Below are positions 42,861-51,806 of a DNA stretch of 64,000 bases, piece by piece. The stretch is taken from assembly GCA_036744835.1 (NCBI GenBank), contig DAIOHD010000001.1, positions 399,860 to 463,859 of the forward strand. Direction: 5' to 3'. The DNA is from Candidatus Magasanikiibacteriota bacterium. Lineage in GTDB: Bacteria; Patescibacteriota; Patescibacteriia; Magasanikbacterales; GWA2-37-8. A program made the translations under genes and the position numbers. How positions within the stretch are numbered: position 1 is the stretch's first letter; each line of letters starts with the position of its first letter. The notes below the pieces were generated by a model. The model worked only from the letters and a program-made list of their open reading frames with translations, had not been told where the DNA came from and ran no database searches.

Positions 42861-44117
42861 TTAAAGTTTTTTCAAACCGCAGTATTTTTGTAAAACTTTT
42901 GGTACAGCAATACTACCGTCTTTTTGTTGATGATTTTCTGTTAAAATTATTGGAAAACGACTTAAAACCACAGCAGTTCCATTTAAGGTATGCACATAAT
43001 TATTTGTACCGTCTTCTTTTTTGTATTTGATATTCAATCGTCTGGCTTGATAGTCCGTACAATTGCTACAGGATGTTATTTCTCCGTAATCACCTTGGTT
43101 TTTATCATCCCCTTTCATAATCATATAGCCCTCTATATCAAACTTACGATAAGCCGGGCCACCAAGATCGGCACTGGCGATGTCTATCACACGATAAGGA
43201 ACTTCTAAACCGTCCAAAATTTCTTTTTCTATTTTCAAAATTTCCGCATGGTATTTTTCACTATCTTCGGGTTTACAAAATACAAACATTTCCAATTTGG
43301 TAAATTGATGAACACGATAAAGTCCTTTACTGGTTTTACCATAAGCCCCGGCCTCAGTGCGAAAACAGTGCGAAAGAGCAATATATTTTTTAGGTTCAGT
43401 GCTTAAATCCAATATTTCTCCGGCATGATATCCCCCAATAGTTATTTCTGCCGTACCCACCAAGCTCAAGTCAGTATTTTTCAGAGAATATATTTGTGTT
43501 TCTTCGTCGCTTCTAGGGTTAAAACCAATACCACTTATTACTTCATTTTTGGCGATATCTGGAGTTTCCAACAAGACATAACCGTATTTAGCGGCTATAT
43601 CCATACTATAATTTAAAAGCGCTTGATTTAGACGGACTAAATTATTTTTATAAAAATAAAATTTAGTACCGGTGGTTTTAGTAGCACGTTCAAAATCAAT
43701 AAGGTCATTTTTTAACATCAATTCTTCATGGTCAAGAGGTTTAAAATCAAATTCTTTTGGTTCAAAATTTTTATAAATTATTTTGAAATCAGATTCTTCA
43801 CCAATTGGGGATTCTGGATGGGTTAAGTTCGGAATTTTCATCATTTCTTCAAGGTATTTTACTTCTACCTCTCCTAATTCTTTTTCAATTTTAGCGATAT
43901 TATCCCCTACTTCACGCATTTTTTTGATTTCTTCTTCGCTTGGCTTACCTTTGGACTTTGCATTACGCAAACCTCTCAGTTCTTCGGTTTGTTTCAAAAG
44001 GTCTTTTCTTTGGTCGTCTAATTTCAAAACTAAATCAACATCGACTTTGGCTCGACGGTCAAGACAATTTTGTTTTATCAATTCTTTATTTTCACGAATG
44101 AATTTAATATCTAACAT
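42861..44117 (-). CDS. serS: seryl-tRNA synthetase
   Basis: N-terminal coiled coil MLDIKFIRENKELI... and the class II core ...CFRTEAGAYGKTSKGLYRVHQF. Confidence 0.95.
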   Translation of the reverse strand: MLDIKFIRENKELIKQNCLDRRAKVDVDLVLKLDDQRKDLLKQTEELRGLRNAKSKGKPSEEEIKKMREVGDNIAKIEKELGEVEVKYLEEMMKIPNLTHPESPIGEESDFKIIYKNFEPKEFDFKPLDHEELMLKNDLIDFERATKTTGTKFYFYKNNLVRLNQALLNYSMDIAAKYGYVLLETPDIAKNEVISGIGFNPRSDEETQIYSLKNTDLSLVGTAEITIGGYHAGEILDLSTEPKKYIALSHCFRTEAGAYGKTSKGLYRVHQFTKLEMFVFCKPEDSEKYHAEILKIEKEILDGLEVPYRVIDIASADLGGPAYRKFDIEGYMIMKGDDKNQGDYGEITSCSNCTDYQARRLNIKYKKEDGTNNYVHTLNGTAVVLSRFPIILTENHQQKDGSIAVPKVLQKYCGLKKL

Positions 44118-44127
44118 AAATTTAAAA

Positions 44128-45594
44128 TTATTTTTCTTCCGGTTTTAAAGTAGGAAATAAAATTACTTCTTTGAGATTATCGGTATTCATCAAGAGTTTT
44201 ACCAATCGGTCTATCCCCATACCAAGTCCGGCGGTCGGAGGCATACCTTGTTTTAAAGCAGTAATAAAATCAGCATCATATTGCATACCTTCATCATCCC
44301 CTGCTTTACGGAGACTCTCCTGTTCTTTGAAACGTGTTTCTTGATCAAGCGGATCGTTAAGCTCGGAAAAAGCATTGCAGAGTTCATTTCCACCCACACA
44401 CACCAGTTGCATTCTTTCGGTATAAGCAGGATTATCTATTTTTCTTTTAGCCAAAGGAGATAATTCTACTGGATGGTCAATCATAAAGATAGGATTGATA
44501 ATTTTTGGTCTGGCATACGTTTTGTAAATTTCATCAATCAATTTACCTCTACCGGTATTTTTATCTATGCCTTCAATTTTTAATTCTTTGGCTTTTTCAA
44601 AAAGTGACTTTTGGTCAGGATAATCTTCTATATCAATATTGGTATATTGTTTGATGATTTCACGCATAGTAATACGAGGATAAGGCGGAGTAAAATCAAC
44701 TTCTTGTTCATCAATAATCATTTTAAGAGGTAGGTTCATAGCCTTGATAAGTCGAGGTAGTAAATCTTCCATTAAATTCATTAAATCTTGATAATTGGCG
44801 TAAGCCCAATAAAATTCTATCTGGGTAAATTCTGGATTATGGTTATTGTCTATACCTTCATTACGAAAACACTTAGCTACTTCATAAACCTTTTCAAAAC
44901 CACCGACAACAAGACGTTTGAGGTATAGTTCTGGAGCAATGCGTAAAAATAAATCTGCTCCTAGTGCATTATGATGGGTAACAAAAGGTTTGGCATTTGC
45001 TCCGCCATAAAGAGATTGTAAAATAGGAGTTTCTACTTCATAAAAACCCAAGGAATCAAAGTAATTGCGTAATTCTTTGACCAACAAACTTCGAGCCACA
45101 GCAATTTTCATGGATTCTTCATTGGCAAGTAAATCTAAATAACGTTGACGATAGCGAGTTTCGATATCACTTAAGCCGTGAAATTTTTCAGGCATTGGTA
45201 AAAGAGACTTAGCAATAATTTTAAATTCTTCCACTAAAACAGAAATTTCTCCTTTGTGGGTAATAAAAATTTTTCCTTTTATTTCCAAAAAATCTCCAAT
45301 ATCAAAATTTTTGGTGAAAAATTTAAATTTATCTTTGCCTAAATCTTTTTCTGAAACAGCTAGTTGTATTTTACCGCTAAAATCTTTGAGATGAGCGAAA
45401 CAAAGTCTGCCCATTTCTCGAGAAGATACTAGGCGACCAACCAAAACAACCTCGGAATCAACCGGCAGCTCTCGAGCTTCTACGATGGTGTGGGTTTTTT
45501 GGCAAGAGCTAGGATATGAATCTATACCTTGTTGCTGTAAAGACTCTAAACGGCCTATTCGGACCGATTCCTCACTTAAATTTTTGTCTGTCAT
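44128..45594 (-). CDS. lysS: lysyl-tRNA synthetase (class II)
   Basis: OB anticodon-binding domain plus ...GGFEKVYEVAKCFRNEGIDNNHNPEFTQIEFYWAY. Confidence 0.95.
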   Translation of the reverse strand: MTDKNLSEESVRIGRLESLQQQGIDSYPSSCQKTHTIVEARELPVDSEVVLVGRLVSSREMGRLCFAHLKDFSGKIQLAVSEKDLGKDKFKFFTKNFDIGDFLEIKGKIFITHKGEISVLVEEFKIIAKSLLPMPEKFHGLSDIETRYRQRYLDLLANEESMKIAVARSLLVKELRNYFDSLGFYEVETPILQSLYGGANAKPFVTHHNALGADLFLRIAPELYLKRLVVGGFEKVYEVAKCFRNEGIDNNHNPEFTQIEFYWAYANYQDLMNLMEDLLPRLIKAMNLPLKMIIDEQEVDFTPPYPRITMREIIKQYTNIDIEDYPDQKSLFEKAKELKIEGIDKNTGRGKLIDEIYKTYARPKIINPIFMIDHPVELSPLAKRKIDNPAYTERMQLVCVGGNELCNAFSELNDPLDQETRFKEQESLRKAGDDEGMQYDADFITALKQGMPPTAGLGMGIDRLVKLLMNTDNLKEVILFPTLKPEEK

Positions 45595-45705
45595 AATGAA
45601 ATTTTAATTATATTTTGATATTGAAATTATAGCTAAAATTGCCATAAAAGTAAAGAATCCCGCTTGTCACAAAGGCAAACGGGATTCTATTCTATTTTTC
45701 AGGTA

Positions 45706-46167
45706 TTAAAATACTTTTTTTATTTCGTAATTTTGTAAACCAGCCGGAGTTTGAACTTCCACTTTGTCCCCCGCTTTATGCCCTAAAAATGCGTTTCCAA
45801 GAGGTGATTCATTGGATATTTTACCGTTTATCGGATCGACTTCTTGCGCCCCGACAATTTGGTAAGTTTTTTCTATTTTATTAATTTCAACCACTACGGT
45901 GTTACCTAAACCAATCTTGTCACTTTTATTTTTTTCGATAATTTGCGCATTACCAATAATATTTTCCAATTCTAAAAGACGTCCTTGCGCCCAAGCCATT
46001 TCTTCTTTGGCCTGGTGATACTCAGCGTTTTCAGACAAATCACCTTGCTGTTTAGCTTCGTTAATTTTATTAGCAACATTTGGAATACGATTATATTTCA
46101 CATCTTCATACTCCTTTTTTAAAGCCTCTAAACTTTCTTGACTTAAATAATGGACTTTTTCTGCCAT
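45706..46167 (-). CDS. greA: transcription elongation factor GreA
   Basis: ...KQQGDLSENAEYHQAKEEMAWAQGRLLELE... and the C-terminal FKBP-like domain. Confidence 0.95.
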   Translation of the reverse strand: MAEKVHYLSQESLEALKKEYEDVKYNRIPNVANKINEAKQQGDLSENAEYHQAKEEMAWAQGRLLELENIIGNAQIIEKNKSDKIGLGNTVVVEINKIEKTYQIVGAQEVDPINGKISNESPLGNAFLGHKAGDKVEVQTPAGLQNYEIKKVF

Positions 46168-46271
46168 ACTGTTTTTTGGTAATTTTAGTAAAAATAATAT
46201 TCCGAAAGAGTTTCGGAATGTTTGTTAATTAATAATAGCATTTTTGGGTTTTTACTGTCAAGGACAATTTT

Positions 46272-46676
46272 TTAACCCAATTTAATTAATTTGGAAACCA
46301 TTATAAATATCGCCCCTTTAGCCGATAAACCCTTGTTTTCAGGCATTTTTTCAACGTATTTCTTCCATTTACCGCTTGTAAAATACTTAGCCTTCCCCAC
46401 CAATTTATATCCTTTCCAATTTTTATCCCAAACCGCTAAACAAACGTTGTTATTTTTGACTAAGTTTGCCTTTGTTTGTTTCATAAAGTTATCCGTAATC
46501 AATACTTGGTTTTTTGCCACCACTTTAACATAAGCCACACCAACGACATTTGGTTTGCTGGTTTTATCAACCGTCGCCAAAGACGCAGCATTGTTTTCAA
46601 TAATTTTTTTCGCAATTGGAGTTATGTTAACCATATTAGTGTTTAATTTTTTTAAGTAATCGCTGTAATAAGACAT
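46272..46676 (-). CDS. pyridoxamine 5'-phosphate oxidase-like FMN-binding split-barrel protein
   Basis: 134-aa protein with the PNPOx-like split-barrel pattern. Terminator hairpin TTCCGAAA-CTC-TTTCGGAA plus a U-tract downstream on the minus strand. Confidence 0.7.
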   Translation of the reverse strand: MSYYSDYLKKLNTNMVNITPIAKKIIENNAASLATVDKTSKPNVVGVAYVKVVAKNQVLITDNFMKQTKANLVKNNNVCLAVWDKNWKGYKLVGKAKYFTSGKWKKYVEKMPENKGLSAKGAIFIMVSKLIKLG

Positions 46677-46719
46677 GTTTATATTATATCATAACTTGTA
46701 ACTTTCTACTTTCAACTTT

Positions 46720-48690
46720 TTACTTCAAATATTTCGTTCCCCACCAGCGCAAAAATTCGTTGGCTACCGGCATAGCAGCAGTAGAACCCTCTTTCCCCTC
46801 TTCTATAAGCACTGTAATGACGATTTTAGGGTTATTGTAAGGCGCAAAACCGGTAAACCAAGCATGTGGATCCGATTTCTTACTCCATTGAGCAGTACCT
46901 GTTTTACCAGTAGCTAAAAATGGCAAAGAATTTAACAGTTGGCAACTACCTGTTTTAACACACTCCCTCATCCCTTCTTTAACTATGTTTATATTATTTT
47001 CAGAAATAAAGTTACTATTAGTTATAGTAACGGGAATTTCATAAGTATTTTTTTGCACCGTGTCAACTATATATTTGCCTAAATGCGGTTGTACAATTTT
47101 TCCTCCATTGGCTATAGCTGCAGTCCAAACCGCCACCTGAAGCGGAGTAACCAGTAGGTCTCCTTGACCGATTGATAGATTATAAGTATCACCGACATAC
47201 CAACGTTCTTTTTTTGTTTCCAATTTCCAATCTTTGCTAGGTAAAAAACCGGGTTGTTCTCCGGGCAAATCTATTCCTGTATTTTTACCCAAATTAAATT
47301 TTTCCATATATTCTATGATTGTATCTACACCCAAACCGGAAAAATTTTTATAACCTCCGCCGATATAATAAAAATAAGTATTGACCGACCAAGCCAAAGC
47401 ACGAACGATATTGGTATTACCATGTCCGCCGGCTCGCCAATCTTTAAAAAACCAATCTCCAACCTCTATCCCTCCAGAACTTAAAAAAGCTGTAGTTTTA
47501 GAAACGATTTTTTCTTGTAAAGCTGCTGCCGCCACTACCAATTTAGCTGTAGAACCAGAAGGGTATGTTCCGGCAATCACCCGGTTGTACAATGGTAATG
47601 TTTTGTCATATAAATATTTACGATATTGAGAAACAGAAATTCCGCCGGAAAAATGATTATTATCAAACGCCGGAAGGGAAACCATAGCAATTATTTCTCC
47701 GTTTTGCGGATTCATAGCAACTGCTACCCCCTTTTTTAAATTCATGGTTTTTAGTTTAGTGCTTAATATTTTCTCTAATTTTACTTGTGCTTCTACATCA
47801 AGCGAAAGAATCAAGTTCTTTCCCGGAGTTGGAGGTTCTTCAGCTAAAATACTTTGCTCTCTTCCAAAAGCATCCACCTCAACCTTCTTTTTTCCATAAA
47901 CTCCGCGTAAAATTTCTTCATAAGTTTTTTCAAGACCGGTTTTACCGATATTATCAGTTGATAAATAACCTTTGGTTTTCAAAGTCGCCAGATCAAATTC
48001 GTTTAGTTTTGCAAGATAGCCCAATAAATGTGATAAGCTCAATGTCTGTTCTTTTTCATCTTTGCTTTGATTAAGATAAAGACGTTTTGTTCCTTTTTCA
48101 ATTAAAATCCCCGGTAAATTGGCGTTTTGAATATAAAGCTTCAAAGCTGTTTCGTGATCTAAATTTTCTTTAACAACCAGAGATTCATAACTATAATTTC
48201 CGTATTTATCAAGAATTTTTTGAATTTCTTCTTTTTGAACTCCGGTAATTTCAGAAAGTTGAGAAATTATTTTTTCTGCCTCTTCCGCTTTTTTAGGAAA
48301 ATCTTGTGGCACTATGGATAAGGAAAAACTGGGAATATTTTGTACCAATTGTGTTTGAAATCTATCATATACAATACCTCTTTCCGCGACTATCGGTCGT
48401 AAACGAATACGATTATTTTCAGCCAAATTACGATAGTCTTCCGCTTTATAAATTTGTAAAAAAGCAACTCTGGCGATCAAGACACAGACCGCCAAAACGA
48501 TAAAAATAAAAAATAATAATAATTTTTTTGAAGATAATGATGCCCCCAAAAAATCCCCGGTTTCATTTTGTGGTCTTTGTTTACCGATATTTTTTTCGAA
48601 ATTAAAAGATTCTTCAGTCCAAGTTTTACTGAATTTTCCTTGTAAGTCCCCGTAGCTTTTGGTAAAAAATTCGAAAAAATTCTTATTCAT
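46720..48690 (-). CDS. mrdA: penicillin-binding protein 2 (peptidoglycan D,D-transpeptidase)
   Basis: N-terminal TM and dimerisation domain, transpeptidase SxxK (STAK), SxN, KTG (GKTGTA). Sits downstream of mreBCD. Confidence 0.9.
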   Translation of the reverse strand: MNKNFFEFFTKSYGDLQGKFSKTWTEESFNFEKNIGKQRPQNETGDFLGASLSSKKLLLFFIFIVLAVCVLIARVAFLQIYKAEDYRNLAENNRIRLRPIVAERGIVYDRFQTQLVQNIPSFSLSIVPQDFPKKAEEAEKIISQLSEITGVQKEEIQKILDKYGNYSYESLVVKENLDHETALKLYIQNANLPGILIEKGTKRLYLNQSKDEKEQTLSLSHLLGYLAKLNEFDLATLKTKGYLSTDNIGKTGLEKTYEEILRGVYGKKKVEVDAFGREQSILAEEPPTPGKNLILSLDVEAQVKLEKILSTKLKTMNLKKGVAVAMNPQNGEIIAMVSLPAFDNNHFSGGISVSQYRKYLYDKTLPLYNRVIAGTYPSGSTAKLVVAAAALQEKIVSKTTAFLSSGGIEVGDWFFKDWRAGGHGNTNIVRALAWSVNTYFYYIGGGYKNFSGLGVDTIIEYMEKFNLGKNTGIDLPGEQPGFLPSKDWKLETKKERWYVGDTYNLSIGQGDLLVTPLQVAVWTAAIANGGKIVQPHLGKYIVDTVQKNTYEIPVTITNSNFISENNINIVKEGMRECVKTGSCQLLNSLPFLATGKTGTAQWSKKSDPHAWFTGFAPYNNPKIVITVLIEEGKEGSTAAMPVANEFLRWWGTKYLK

Positions 48691-49220
48691 ATCCGCTTTA
48701 TATATTTGGGATTAAGCTTGGTCAAAAAACGACTCAAGAAAAGATAGATCAAGGTTATTACAATGGCGGTCAAAGCCATTTCATAAGCATAATCTGCGGC
48801 CGTACGCGAAGTATATAAAAAATCTTTTTTGAAGAAAAAATTAACCACCGAAATAAGGCCTAAAAAATAAACCCTATATATAAAAAGACTGAGCGTAGAT
48901 GCAAAAATTATAATATAAAAGCTACGATTGGTTAAAAAATAAGTTATTAACCATTTAGTAGAAAGCATACAAAAAAATAAAGCCATCAAAGTGATTCCAA
49001 AAGAAGAAGAAATAAAAAGTTCCATCAAAAAACCTAAGATTAAAGCATACCACAAAACTACTCCTTCTTCATCCGTCAATAAATAGATAAAAAGAAAAAC
49101 AAAAATAAGATTTATATACTCAAATGGATATGGCAAAACATTTTTTAACCAAATATGACCGATAAAAATCGACATAACCAAAAATATTTTACCTAAAACG
49201 GTTAAAATTGTTTTTAGCAT
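48687..49220 (-). CDS. mreD: rod shape-determining protein MreD
   Basis: Polytopic membrane protein of about 170 aa, located between mreC and mrdA. Confidence 0.6.
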   Translation of the reverse strand: MLKTILTVLGKIFLVMSIFIGHIWLKNVLPYPFEYINLIFVFLFIYLLTDEEGVVLWYALILGFLMELFISSSFGITLMALFFCMLSTKWLITYFLTNRSFYIIIFASTLSLFIYRVYFLGLISVVNFFFKKDFLYTSRTAADYAYEMALTAIVITLIYLFLSRFLTKLNPKYIKRI

Positions 49221-49223
49221 ATT

Positions 49224-50105
49224 TTAAGGTAACAACAGGACATTTAAAAAGACGAAACGATTATAATCAACGCTGGGAGTTAAAATAGCTTGTTGAAACG
49301 GTTGATAAGCTTCATTTTCCACTGCCGCCACCTTCCCGATTAGCAATCCTCGGGGAATGTTTTCTTCTAAACCGGAGGTTACTATCAAATCCCCCATTTG
49401 TACCGTTTCGTTACGAGGGATAAAATTCATTTTGATAGATAGACCATAACCGCCCTCTACTACACCTAAACTTTTTTCACGATTTAAAATAGTAGCTGCC
49501 ACCTTACTTTGATTGTCGGATAATAATCGAATAATAGAAATATCTTTTTCTGTTTTTATAATTTTTCCGATCAAAACACCTTCCCCAACCACCACCGAAG
49601 CACCTGTTTTTATACCATCACTTTCACCTTTATCAATAATCAAAGTTTTTTCCGTACCCTCCAAATTATTTCCAATCACTTTGGTTAAAATAAAATCATA
49701 ATGATATTTTTCTTTGAAATTCAACTGCTTTTTTAATTCGGCGTTTTCTTCCAAGAGGAGCTTTATTTGCGCCTCATTTTCATCGTGCTTTTGTAAAGAA
49801 AGCTGGCAGGTTCTATAACTATCAAAGAATTTTTCCCGATCTTTGAAAAATTCGTATTCATCTTTTATTTGAATACTAAAATCACTACTCTGTCGAATAA
49901 ATGGAATAAAAATTTGTCTAATAATTTTTTTTCCAAAATCAAGCCAGCCAAGATAATTAAAAAAAACGAGGAATACGATTATTCCTCCAACCAAAAAAGT
50001 TGTTTTTTGTAAATTATTTTGCCGCATATTTTTAATCAAAATTTTCATTAGAAGGAGAAATAACCACCTCTTCCAAAAGATCTTCATCGTCAAGCAATAT
50101 TCCAC
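49224..50105 (-). CDS. mreC: rod shape-determining protein MreC
   Basis: N-terminal TM and coiled coil, then C-terminal beta-domain ...GDLIVTSGLEENIPRGLLIGKV. The true start is likely an internal Met (about 50040), because the ORF-track 5' end overlaps mreB. Confidence 0.8.
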   Translation of the reverse strand: MEYCLTMKIFWKRWLFLLLMKILIKNMRQNNLQKTTFLVGGIIVFLVFFNYLGWLDFGKKIIRQIFIPFIRQSSDFSIQIKDEYEFFKDREKFFDSYRTCQLSLQKHDENEAQIKLLLEENAELKKQLNFKEKYHYDFILTKVIGNNLEGTEKTLIIDKGESDGIKTGASVVVGEGVLIGKIIKTEKDISIIRLLSDNQSKVAATILNREKSLGVVEGGYGLSIKMNFIPRNETVQMGDLIVTSGLEENIPRGLLIGKVAAVENEAYQPFQQAILTPSVDYNRFVFLNVLLLP

Positions 50106-51081
50106 ATCCTCGTACTACGGATGTAAGAGGATCGTCAGCAATACGAACCGGTAATTCGGTAGCTCTGGAAACCAATTGATCAATTCCCCTCAAAAGAGAT
50201 CCCCCACCGGTCAATAAAATACCTCTTTCATGAATATCAGCGATTAATTCCGGAGGTGTAATCTCTACCGTAGCCTTGATATTATCAACAATTTCTTTTA
50301 GCGATCTAGCCAAAGCTTCACGTACCTGAGTGTCGTTTACAATAACTTCTTTTGGAAGTCCGGTAATCATATCTCGACCACGCATAGGAAATTCCATTTT
50401 TTCAGAAAGTTCTACCGCAGAACCTATTTTTATTTTTACTTCTTCGGCCTGACGTTCACCCACCAGTAAATTAAAATTATCTCTGGCATATTGCATAATG
50501 TTTTGATTGAATTCATCTCCAGCAACTTTTATAGATTTACTTTTAACAATACCTGAAAGAGAAATAACAGCTATCTCAGTAGTACCACCTCCGATGTCAA
50601 TGATAAAATTACCAACCGGATCTTTTACCGGCATACGCGAACCAATAGCCGAAAGCATCGGTTCTTCAACTATATAAACCTTGGTTGCGCCGGCATTTAA
50701 TACCGCATCACTAACGGCTTTTCTTTCTACTTCGGTTAAATTCAACGGAGCGCCAATAACCACTTTTGGCCTGGAAATAAAACCCAAACTGCCGGTATTT
50801 ATTTTTTCAATATAATAAGTGAGCATTTTTTCCGCAACTTCAAAATCAGAAACAATCCCGTTGGTGAGAGGCCTTGTAGTTAAGAGATGAGGAGGTGTTT
50901 TACCAATCATGTCTTTGGCTTCACTACCAACAGCCAAAATTTGTTCAGTTTTTGTGTTTATTGCCACTACTGATGGTTCATTTACCACTATCCCCCGTCC
51001 TTTTAGATAAATCAAAGTATTGGCCGTACCCAAATCAATCCCCAGATCTTTACGAAATTTATTAAAAATTTTATCAAACAT
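50032..51081 (-). CDS. mreB: rod shape-determining protein MreB
   Basis: Actin-like ATPase motifs GIDLGTANTLIY...DIGGGTTEIAVIS... Confidence 0.95.
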   Translation of the reverse strand: MFDKIFNKFRKDLGIDLGTANTLIYLKGRGIVVNEPSVVAINTKTEQILAVGSEAKDMIGKTPPHLLTTRPLTNGIVSDFEVAEKMLTYYIEKINTGSLGFISRPKVVIGAPLNLTEVERKAVSDAVLNAGATKVYIVEEPMLSAIGSRMPVKDPVGNFIIDIGGGTTEIAVISLSGIVKSKSIKVAGDEFNQNIMQYARDNFNLLVGERQAEEVKIKIGSAVELSEKMEFPMRGRDMITGLPKEVIVNDTQVREALARSLKEIVDNIKATVEITPPELIADIHERGILLTGGGSLLRGIDQLVSRATELPVRIADDPLTSVVRGCGILLDDEDLLEEVVISPSNENFD

Positions 51082-51553
51082 AAAAAGAATCTTTTGATTT
51101 TTTTTCTGAAAAAATTATTCCCTCGTAAATAAAATAAAAGAAAAGAATTAATAAAAAATTAAATGTATTTAACAACCCTTTATGTGCTAAAAATAACAGT
51201 AAAATAATTAAAAAGGAGAAAATTATCGCTTGTTTAAATATTTTTTTAATTTGTCGAAAAATAACTTCTTCGTTTTTGATAGTTATTTTTTTAAATAAAA
51301 CGGCTATAAAAGTAAAACCACCAGTCAACCCCAAAAATAAACTTAGATAAAAGAAAATAAGCGGTAAAATCGGTTTGCTAAGCGGGTCAAAATTCATTAT
51401 TACCAAAAAACAGATAATCAAACATAAAAAAGACCCCGCACCCAATGAAAATAGATATTCTTTCAAACTCATAGTAATTTTGATTTTAACAGAAGGAAAC
51501 GTCTTTGGCAAGCTAAAGAATTGTTTTAATTCCAGAAATAGTCGCTGAAGCAA
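51074..51553 (-). CDS. hypothetical membrane protein (4 TM)
   Basis: Hydrophobic 159-aa ORF with no recognisable family. Confidence 0.4.
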   Translation of the reverse strand: MLQRLFLELKQFFSLPKTFPSVKIKITMSLKEYLFSLGAGSFLCLIICFLVIMNFDPLSKPILPLIFFYLSLFLGLTGGFTFIAVLFKKITIKNEEVIFRQIKKIFKQAIIFSFLIILLLFLAHKGLLNTFNFLLILFFYFIYEGIIFSEKKSKDSFYV

Positions 51554-51803
51554 ATTCTTGCCTTATTCTAGCCAAAATTTCTACTTCGTTTAAACGAAGT
51601 TCATTGGCTACTATCGGACTCTTGCACCAGATGTAAATAAAACCATTTTTTACATATTTTGCTTGCATAAAATCCAAAGCTTGTTCACCAAAAAGTTCAG
51701 AAATTATTTTATTAGCTTGATCTATAGACAAAACCGCTTTAGCTGATTTCAAAACCGGTGTTTCTTCGATATGTTTTTTTAAAATAGAAAAAAGTGAATT
51801 CAT
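51513..51803 (-). CDS. DUF721 (DciA-like) domain protein
   Basis: ...AKAVLSIDQANKIISELFGEQALDFMQAKYVKNGFIYIWCKSPIVANELRLNEVEIL fits the DUF721 pattern. Confidence 0.5.
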   Translation of the reverse strand: MNSLFSILKKHIEETPVLKSAKAVLSIDQANKIISELFGEQALDFMQAKYVKNGFIYIWCKSPIVANELRLNEVEILARIRQEFASATISGIKTIL

Positions 51804-51806
51804 ATT